Assembly: GCA_965208835.1 (NCBI GenBank)
Contig: OZ242358.1
Location: forward strand, 3,232,001-3,296,000
DNA length: 64,000 nucleotides
Origin: Candidatus Latescibacterota bacterium
GTDB taxonomy: Bacteria > Latescibacterota > UBA2968 > GCA-2709665
Direction: 5' to 3'
The translations under genes were made by a program, and so were the position numbers. Positions 57,499 to 64,000 of the stretch are shown here, piece by piece; within the stretch, counting starts at the first letter, position 1, and each line of letters begins with the position of its first letter. The notes beneath the pieces were generated by a model. It was not told where the DNA came from, did not search any database, and saw only the letters and a list, made by a program, of their open reading frames with translations.

Positions 57499-58191
57499 TC
57501 AGTTTGACTCGGCGATCGAATCTATCGCGGAGGGCAGGTCTGCCAGTCTGGCGATTGTCGCATCGGGGACTTCATCCGGTACTCGAGATTCCAGGACCGC
57601 ATATCTCCCCTGCCGGAACCAGATGGTCCGGATGCCAAGCCTTTTCGCCGGAATGATATCGTTGTCGAGGCGATCACCGATCATGATCGCCTGGGAAGGC
57701 GAAAATCCAGCCCTGTCGAGTATTGTCCGGAAGAAACGCTCATCGGGCTTCTTGATCCCGATACTTCCCGACACTTCCCTGTGGCGAAACCAGCGCAGCA
57801 CGCCGAGATCGTCGAGCACGTCCGTAATACTCGCGGGCGCATTGCCGGCCAGGGCTAGAGTGTATTCCTCGGCCAACTGCTGCAGCATTTCAGCGGCTCC
57901 GGGATATAGTCGAAACCCGAGAGACCGAATTTCCGCATAGTGCGATCGCACCCGCTTCGTGATCTCATCGAAGAGACACACGTCAGGTCCGGCAAAATGC
58001 CAGGTGATGGCGTGCATGGCGCTTGGTACGAACTGCCGCAATTTCTCGCCGTCCAACCGCCTGTATTCGTCGACAGACAACTCGAAGCCGAAGCTTCCGA
58101 GCGCGGTTCGGTGCACTTCCATCAAGGCATCCTGTTGACCGGCGGCGTCGAGAATCGTCTCCCCGACGTCAAACAGCAACACGGTATTCAT
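57499..58191 (-). CDS. HAD family hydrolase
   Basis: LFDVGET, KKPDERFF, MIGDRLDNDI; likely start ATG 58191. Confidence 0.9.
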   Translation of the reverse strand: MNTVLLFDVGETILDAAGQQDALMEVHRTALGSFGFELSVDEYRRLDGEKLRQFVPSAMHAITWHFAGPDVCLFDEITKRVRSHYAEIRSLGFRLYPGAAEMLQQLAEEYTLALAGNAPASITDVLDDLGVLRWFRHREVSGSIGIKKPDERFFRTILDRAGFSPSQAIMIGDRLDNDIIPAKRLGIRTIWFRQGRYAVLESRVPDEVPDATIARLADLPSAIDSIAESN

Positions 58192-58261
58192 CGCATTCTC
58201 ACGCAGGATCATCGGAAACGCTGTACTGCGTTGAAACATTCGACGGTTGGCAACTTCGATC

Positions 58262-59332
58262 TCAGAGCCTTGCCGTCGTCTCCTTCAACGTCCGAAGCAG
58301 CCTTCGCATTTCGGACTCGTACGATCCACCTTCGTTTCCGATGGGCTTTCGCGCAGTCATCGTCCAGATGAGTTCCTGCAGGGTGTAAAGGATGTGTAAG
58401 GCCTCCCACGACGGTCCGTCAAGTCCCCGTGCGTGCATGTACTTCCGCCAGATTGCTTCTCTAAACTTTCCGAATGTTTCCCGGTACCGCCAGATCTCTG
58501 CGCCCCATTCTCCGAAGTTGAACTCGAGGGCGGGATTCCCGACACCTGCGTTTCCCCAATCCAGGATCCCGGTTACTTCCAGGTCCCGTTCCGACCGGAC
58601 CAGGATCTGGTCTTCGTGGATATCGCCGTGAAGCAGCACGTCGTCCATCATGGACAACTCTGACAACGCCCGACGCCATTTGCCTGTTGTCGACACGGAG
58701 TTCAACTCGCTGAAATCCTCCGTGCCGCCTCCTGCAGCCAATTCGCGGACCGATGAAGCGATCAAACCTGGCAATTCGCCCAACGAACCCGATCGCAGTG
58801 CCCCATACATCCATCGATACGAGTCGCCGTGATCGCCGTCCATATCCTGAGACAGTGGTTTCAGGAAATCAGTTTCATGACCCAACTCAAGGTTGTGCCA
58901 GATCGCCGTAAGCCGTCCGATCGTGCGAAGCACTTCCTCATAGTCACTTGAGCCTAGCCAGTGTTCGATGTTTCCCAGCAGGATCCCCTGCAGTCGTGTG
59001 ACAACGCCGAACCGGTACGGGCTCAGTTCGCGGTTCTCGACCGCCCTTACGAGCCTGGGTACGGGCAATTGATCCAGCTCGCTGAAGAGCCTGTATAGGT
59101 CCAACTCGACATTCAGAGAACATTGGTACTTTGGATGCCTTGGAAACAGAAAGACACGATCCGGAGACTTGATAATGTGCTTGGACCATCCGGTGAAGTC
59201 GGGTTCGAGCTCTCCAAGTGTCAGCCCGAACTCGTCACAGAAACGATCGAGGTGAGGCCCAACCAGGATGGCTTCGAGTGCGTTGGAGTCTTCCGCCGTC
59301 GAGTTATCCGGATCCGCGTGCTCTAACGACAT
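58262..59332 (-). CDS. Aminoglycoside phosphotransferase family protein
   Basis: LPVPR, LLHGDIHEDQIL, GILDWG; likely start ATG 59332. Confidence 0.88.
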   Translation of the reverse strand: MSLEHADPDNSTAEDSNALEAILVGPHLDRFCDEFGLTLGELEPDFTGWSKHIIKSPDRVFLFPRHPKYQCSLNVELDLYRLFSELDQLPVPRLVRAVENRELSPYRFGVVTRLQGILLGNIEHWLGSSDYEEVLRTIGRLTAIWHNLELGHETDFLKPLSQDMDGDHGDSYRWMYGALRSGSLGELPGLIASSVRELAAGGGTEDFSELNSVSTTGKWRRALSELSMMDDVLLHGDIHEDQILVRSERDLEVTGILDWGNAGVGNPALEFNFGEWGAEIWRYRETFGKFREAIWRKYMHARGLDGPSWEALHILYTLQELIWTMTARKPIGNEGGSYESEMRRLLRTLKETTARL

Positions 59333-59384
59333 TCGGCTGCTCGGGAAGCGGGTGTGAAGGTGGGACGGACATTCCAGGCGTGCA

Positions 59385-60719
59385 TTATCGGTTTTCCGGC
59401 ACCGGATCTCCCGCGCTGCTGGCCTTCGCCAGACTGGCGCAGACCAGTTCCTCGTCGTTTCGGGCGAACACGTGTTTGTAGGCGAACGCGGGATGTGCCC
59501 ACGTGACGCCACCGCGACGGTTCAACTGGTCGCGCGTGGGTTCGATCAGTTTTGCACGGCTGATGATATTCACCCCTTCGGGAGACAACGTGGTAATCAG
59601 GAGTTCGCCACGCTCATTGAACATCCAGACCCTGTCTGCGTTCCGGACAAAATGGATGTTGCTCCAACGGGCTTTGGGTACCGCCGTGAGGTCTTCCCAG
59701 ATGCGATCACCGTTGCGGGCGTCGAGACATCGGAGTTCCCCGTAGCTGTCCACGCCATAAATGAAATTGCCAATGCGGACCGGGGTCGACATTGTCGAAT
59801 GGAGCGCGTCCGTGTTTCTTTCGTTCTCTCCCCTGCGGTGCCAGCTGAGTTGCATCGACGGTTCGTCCGGATTCAGTTTCAGCAGCAGCGATCCGTCAAA
59901 GAAGTCAGTAAAAAACACCTCGTTCCGATAGAAAACCGGACTTGCGATTCCGATCTCCATGCGATTCGGCGGGAAGGGATGGCGCCAATATACGCCGCCC
60001 GTTTGCGGGTCGAGACCGGCGATGCTCTCAGCCGTCCTGCTGACCAGCACCCGCTGACTGCCCTGGGTAATCACGATCGGCGCCGAGTATGACGCCTTGT
60101 CGTCAAGGGCCTTCCATCTCTCAGCTCCAGTCTGCAAATCGAACGCGACGAGGCACGCTCCCGGCGTACCGCCGATCTGGACGATCACGTTCGCGCCTTC
60201 GACGACGGGCGCGCTTGCGATTCCCCACGTTGGCATCGCGATATTGTATTCGGCGTTCAGATCTCTTCTCCATTTCAGTTCGCCCGTGGCGGCATCGAAG
60301 CAGTGGAGATGCCCCATCGCCCCGAGGGCGTAAGCGAGACCGTTATGCACGGTAACCGTCGCGCGGGGACCTGCGACATAGTCTATTCTGTACTCGCAGT
60401 CGTACGTGTAAGACCATAGCAGCTCTCCCGTTTCCCACGCGAAACATTGGACCCTTTCGACCTGCTTCGGTTTCGCAAGCCTGTCTGTTACGTAGACCCG
60501 CCCGCCGGCGACGACCGGGCCGCTGTAGCCGCTGCCGATCGGCACCCGCCATCGGATCGGGATCTCCGGGCCGTAAAATTCTTCAAGTATCCCGGTCTCA
60601 TGCCATACACCGTCCCGGTTCGGCCCGCGCCACTGAGGCCACTCGTCGGCCGAAACCGAGGAGATTGGGATCAGCACGACGAGCAACATCAAAGCGATGA
60701 TCGATTGGATTCGATACAT
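59385..60719 (-). CDS. PQQ-binding-like beta-propeller repeat protein (exported)
   Basis: Signal peptide, DEWPQWRGPNRDG, repeated SxPxV / DxxTGxxxW, WAHPA; AAGGA before ATG 60719. Confidence 0.92.
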   Translation of the reverse strand: MYRIQSIIALMLLVVLIPISSVSADEWPQWRGPNRDGVWHETGILEEFYGPEIPIRWRVPIGSGYSGPVVAGGRVYVTDRLAKPKQVERVQCFAWETGELLWSYTYDCEYRIDYVAGPRATVTVHNGLAYALGAMGHLHCFDAATGELKWRRDLNAEYNIAMPTWGIASAPVVEGANVIVQIGGTPGACLVAFDLQTGAERWKALDDKASYSAPIVITQGSQRVLVSRTAESIAGLDPQTGGVYWRHPFPPNRMEIGIASPVFYRNEVFFTDFFDGSLLLKLNPDEPSMQLSWHRRGENERNTDALHSTMSTPVRIGNFIYGVDSYGELRCLDARNGDRIWEDLTAVPKARWSNIHFVRNADRVWMFNERGELLITTLSPEGVNIISRAKLIEPTRDQLNRRGGVTWAHPAFAYKHVFARNDEELVCASLAKASSAGDPVPENR

Positions 60720-60784
60720 GGTTAATCCTGTCCTTTCGTTTGTCGCAGGGAATCCAGTCAGCGACGCGAAGTATTGAGCTATGT

Positions 60785-60810
60785 GAGCAGACAGGAATGT
60801 CCGCTCCACC
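60785..60810. repeat. REP-like palindrome
   Basis: GAGCAGACAGGAATGTCCGCTCCACC, homolog of 9761-9786. Confidence 0.6.
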
Positions 60811-60936
60811 CTTTCAAACCCTGGAACCGGGTATCGCTTTGGCGCATAAGGCATTCGAGTCTATACGCCGGTATATTGTATCCGGCGCAGCAGTTAGATA
60901 TTTCAGCTTCGGACCTCTACTTCTCCATGTCGCGCT

Positions 60937-61413
60937 CTATTCCAGCCTCGTACCCAGCCACGTCCGCATGCGCTCGGCATAGGGTCTGCGCTCGTCAGGT
61001 GTCGTGGAAATGCGGCGTTTGCGATATAGCCCGTCTCCTTGCCACCGCGGGAAAACGTGCAGGTGATAGTGCCAGACATCCTGGTTTCCTGCAGGCTCAT
61101 TGTGCTGGCGCGACGAAACGCCGTCGCAGTCATAGAGCTCTTTGAAACCGATGGAGACCTCTCTGGCGACCCCCTGAATTCTGGCCAGCAGGCGGGTCGG
61201 CATCGTGTAGATGTTTTCAATGTGTTCATTCGGAATGACGAGAACATGACCATGATTACCGGGCCACCAGTGGGAAGAGATGAAAGCCGTCACGTCACCG
61301 TCACGAAACACGACGTCCTGCTGTCTTGTCGCAACGTGTTCATTCTCTATTCCCTTCACGACAAGACAGAACGGACAAATGTACCCGTCGGGAGCATGCG
61401 TGTACGTTTGCAT
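60937..61413 (-). CDS. HIT family protein
   Basis: CPFC, GHVLVIPNEH, QDVWHYHLHVFPR; likely start ATG 61413. Confidence 0.93.
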   Translation of the reverse strand: MQTYTHAPDGYICPFCLVVKGIENEHVATRQQDVVFRDGDVTAFISSHWWPGNHGHVLVIPNEHIENIYTMPTRLLARIQGVAREVSIGFKELYDCDGVSSRQHNEPAGNQDVWHYHLHVFPRWQGDGLYRKRRISTTPDERRPYAERMRTWLGTRLE

Positions 61414-61617
61414 TGGATGGACCCTAGTGATCCGTACAGTCGGCCCACTTCTTGAAAACCAGAAGAATGTGGCTGCACATGCCCATGAGAGAACGGTCCC
61501 TGTCCGTTCGACGCCTCGCGAGAAAGGAGCGCTCAAAGTCGTGCTGTTGTATTCAATGCTAATCTGCCAGGCGCTTTCGGACCCCGCCTGGCGAACGCGC
61601 GAGTCCCGGAGTTGCTC

Positions 61618-62619
61618 TCAGATAGCTTCAATGGCGCGGTCAAGCCTGCTGTGTATTTCCCCCGTCTCAGCAAGTTCCAGACTTGCCACTGCCCACGAAG
61701 GAAACCCGGGGCGTCGAAAAGCCTCGACGAGAGCACACAAAGGGGCGACCAGTTCGTCCAGGACTTCCTCCCTGGAATCGGTCTCGCCGTACGCAGATCG
61801 GAATGCATCCGCGGCGTCTGGCCCAAGAGAGCCAGTTACGTTTCTGCAATCCGAATATCGCATTCCCAACCCGAGAAGGTGAAAGTCGAACACTACGGCC
61901 CTGATTGGTCGTTCGTTCCGGGACAAAGCCAGGTTCGTCCAATGAAAGTCATTGAAAGTCAGCGTCTCAGCAGAAGACATCACTGCATTCCTGACTCTGT
62001 CGATATTGCCGGCGAGTATGGACCACTTTTTCTTGTCCGAGCCCCCGATCCTGGCGGCAACTTCCATGATCGACGCAGGCGTCAGCGCGTCGATCTCACG
62101 CCGCAAGAACGAAGATCGGTGGTCGACTCCCAACCGGACGGCCGAGTCCGCATTGTGAAGTGTGCGATACCATTCCGCAAGAGCGACGCCAACTTCAGGT
62201 TTCCCGATATCTTCCTCATGAGCAAGCCTGAGATGATCGCTGACGTCAAGATCCTCGAGTAGTAGCGCATCATCCGTCCTCGCAATGACACGGACGGTGG
62301 GAACCTCAAGATCCTCGAGGAGCGAGTACGCACATATTTCCCTCGATGCCTCCGCCTCTCCGAATACCTTGAGAATGTACGGGGAACCTTCAAGATTGAT
62401 CCGGAACAGGCGGTTTCCATGTTTCTTCCTGATTGGATCGACATTGTCCAGACGGGCGGTTTCAAAGCCCATATTCTCCAGGCTGGCACGGGCGATTTCA
62501 GTGGAATCCGTCAAATCGTCGATCCCCAGGTGTCGTCTGAGAGGCGCAGACCGCAGCCGTGTTATTGGCACGCCGCCGTCGCTACTTCGCCGCGGTCGTA
62601 TCGTGGCCGGCCAATTCAT
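61618..62619 (-). CDS. Phosphotransferase (APH/choline kinase-like)
   Basis: YILKVF, LLLEDL, NDFHWTN, VFDF; true start probably downstream (62571 or 62514). Confidence 0.8.
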   Translation of the reverse strand: MNWPATIRPRRSSDGGVPITRLRSAPLRRHLGIDDLTDSTEIARASLENMGFETARLDNVDPIRKKHGNRLFRINLEGSPYILKVFGEAEASREICAYSLLEDLEVPTVRVIARTDDALLLEDLDVSDHLRLAHEEDIGKPEVGVALAEWYRTLHNADSAVRLGVDHRSSFLRREIDALTPASIMEVAARIGGSDKKKWSILAGNIDRVRNAVMSSAETLTFNDFHWTNLALSRNERPIRAVVFDFHLLGLGMRYSDCRNVTGSLGPDAADAFRSAYGETDSREEVLDELVAPLCALVEAFRRPGFPSWAVASLELAETGEIHSRLDRAIEAI

Positions 62620-62650
62620 CCAGCAACTCTGTTGCCGACTTCTGGTTTCC

Positions 62651-63526
62651 TTAGATAAAAACTGCGGCCATCGCGCCGCGGCCGTGGATTGCGTGAAGCA
62701 GGTTGTCGATCTCGATCATCTGCGCCTGAGGGGTCTTTGAGGTTTTCCATCGTGACACAAAAGAACGTATTACCGCAGTATTTCCGGTGCGTATGTTCGC
62801 ATCACTATGTTCCTGGCGCCACGCGTGCCAGGTGAACGTGTGGCCGCACTCGCCGCATTCCAGATGCTCGTCCTTCGTTCTCAGCATCCAGGCAAACGCG
62901 CGCCACGGGAGTTCGTATCGGCAATGAGCGCATTTGAAAGCACCCTCACGTCGAACGCCCGATTTGCCGCATCTCGGACACTTCAATTCACCCGATTCAC
63001 CTTCAGAAGTCGCCTGAATCGGCTTTGGTTTTTCCCGTTTCGGACGCCGGATGATATCTCCGCAATGCGGGCAGGGTAGCCTGGTCTGCCGCTTTGGCGA
63101 TTTGCTGTACACATTCCACTCCCACGATCTGTTACATCGAGCACAAGAAAGCGTGTTTGTGGCGTAGTGCCACTGCAACGTGTCCCAGCAGCGGAGGCAC
63201 CTGGGCTTCTTCGTCAGCGGACTCGCACATTCCGGCCACGATGTGGATTGGCCGCAGGACGGACAAGGAAAACGCCAGGTTCGCGCCTCCTCGGCTTCTC
63301 TGGTCTGGAGCTGCCGGCTGTGTATCGAGCGATGGACAATGGATCGACATTTGTCGCAGGTGACTTCTCCTCGGAGGGCGCGATGAAACGCCAGCACATC
63401 CTGCGCGCGGGCGAAGAGGCCCCATCCGACCTCAAGAAGAAGCTCATCGTCGCAGATACCCTGCCGGTCCAGCATATACAATCGGCGAATACGCCACGGT
63501 TTTACTCGAGACGAGGTCATGTCCAT
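62651..63526 (-). CDS. Multi-zinc-ribbon protein of unknown function (possibly clipped by a premature stop)
   Basis: Eight CxxC pairs; frame continues after TAA as GNQKSATELLDELAG... to TAG at 62582. Confidence 0.8.
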   Translation of the reverse strand: MDMTSSRVKPWRIRRLYMLDRQGICDDELLLEVGWGLFARAQDVLAFHRALRGEVTCDKCRSIVHRSIHSRQLQTREAEEARTWRFPCPSCGQSTSWPECASPLTKKPRCLRCWDTLQWHYATNTLSCARCNRSWEWNVYSKSPKRQTRLPCPHCGDIIRRPKREKPKPIQATSEGESGELKCPRCGKSGVRREGAFKCAHCRYELPWRAFAWMLRTKDEHLECGECGHTFTWHAWRQEHSDANIRTGNTAVIRSFVSRWKTSKTPQAQMIEIDNLLHAIHGRGAMAAVFI

Positions 63527-63537
63527 TTACGTCTTTC

Positions 63538-63918
63538 TCAGCCACCTTGAACCTGCGTATTGGCGTAGAAGTTGACGATGTTGCGATCCGGATCGCGAAA
63601 CCAGACGGACCGGCGACCCCATGGTTGGGTCGTGGGCGGTTTGACGATTTCGACGTTCATGTCGGTCAATCGCTGGTATTCCCTGTCGACGTCCTCAACC
63701 TCGAACTCGATCGTATACCTGCCGGTTCCCGCTCCTCTCAGGCTTCCAGGAGCCATCTTCTCCGTGCCTTCCGCAGAGTAAATCGACAGGACTGCGCCCT
63801 CTGTCGGGATGATCTCGAAGATATTCGCTTCTTCAGGTTCAAGCTTCAAGATTTCCCTGTAGAAGGCGCTCAATCGAGGCACATTGTCTGTAACGATACA
63901 GATGCCATTAAATCGCAC
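63538..63918 (-). CDS. VOC/glyoxalase family protein
   Basis: FEVEDVD, QPWGRRSVWFRDPDRN; GGAGG RBS before GTG. Confidence 0.93.
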   Translation of the reverse strand: MRFNGICIVTDNVPRLSAFYREILKLEPEEANIFEIIPTEGAVLSIYSAEGTEKMAPGSLRGAGTGRYTIEFEVEDVDREYQRLTDMNVEIVKPPTTQPWGRRSVWFRDPDRNIVNFYANTQVQGG

Positions 63919-64000
63919 TGCGAACCTCCGTCTGTCTTTGCGAAATTCCGCCTGCCGCCGCGAAACCGTCGAAGCGATAAGAGTATAACAATAAGATTTC

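Noticed and set aside
53349-62653. TAA reassigned to glutamate
   Set aside because: TAA is the evident true stop of intact genes here (for example the TonB receptor at 28901 before its terminator and the SNF2 gene at 47390).
49959-63918. Integron cassette array
   Set aside because: No integrase in the window, no consistent RYYYAAC...GTTRRRY attC boundaries at the junctions inspected, and several genes overlap directly.

Overview
GC-rich bacterial (Gram-negative; TolC, TonB-dependent receptor and lipoproteins present) chromosomal window made mostly of accessory genes. No rRNA, tRNA, CRISPR array, integrase or transposase was recognised. Contents, left to right: (1) a minus-strand MacB/FtsX-type efflux operon with three tandem periplasmic adaptors and a TolC-like gene running off the left edge, behind a sigma-54-type promoter; (2) assorted hydrolases and oxidoreductases plus a decayed toxin-antitoxin remnant; (3) a plus-strand putative metal-uptake locus (20.6-29.0 kb) built by duplication: two DUF2946-like CxxC/His leader ORFs (one with a C-terminal RAPP motif, one that has lost it by frameshift), two paralogous His-rich lipoproteins with 2 versus 5 copies of a ~125-aa repeat, and a ZnuD-like TonB receptor, with the three large genes sharing a homologous ~250-nt 5' leader and N-terminus; (4) two long co-oriented minus-strand runs of small modifying enzymes (GNAT, APH-like, HIT, NUDIX, VOC, HAD, nucleotidyltransferase); (5) a four-gene plus-strand operon (unknown protein, degenerate DUF2791/BrxD-like ATPase, intact DUF2791/BrxD-like ATPase, SNF2 helicase with an extra N-terminal domain) converging on an Mrr-like endonuclease gene, a candidate undescribed anti-phage system. 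Intergenic regions hold several families of REP/MITE-like repeats, and several genes carry single premature stops. All family calls come from motif recognition by eye, not from database searches.
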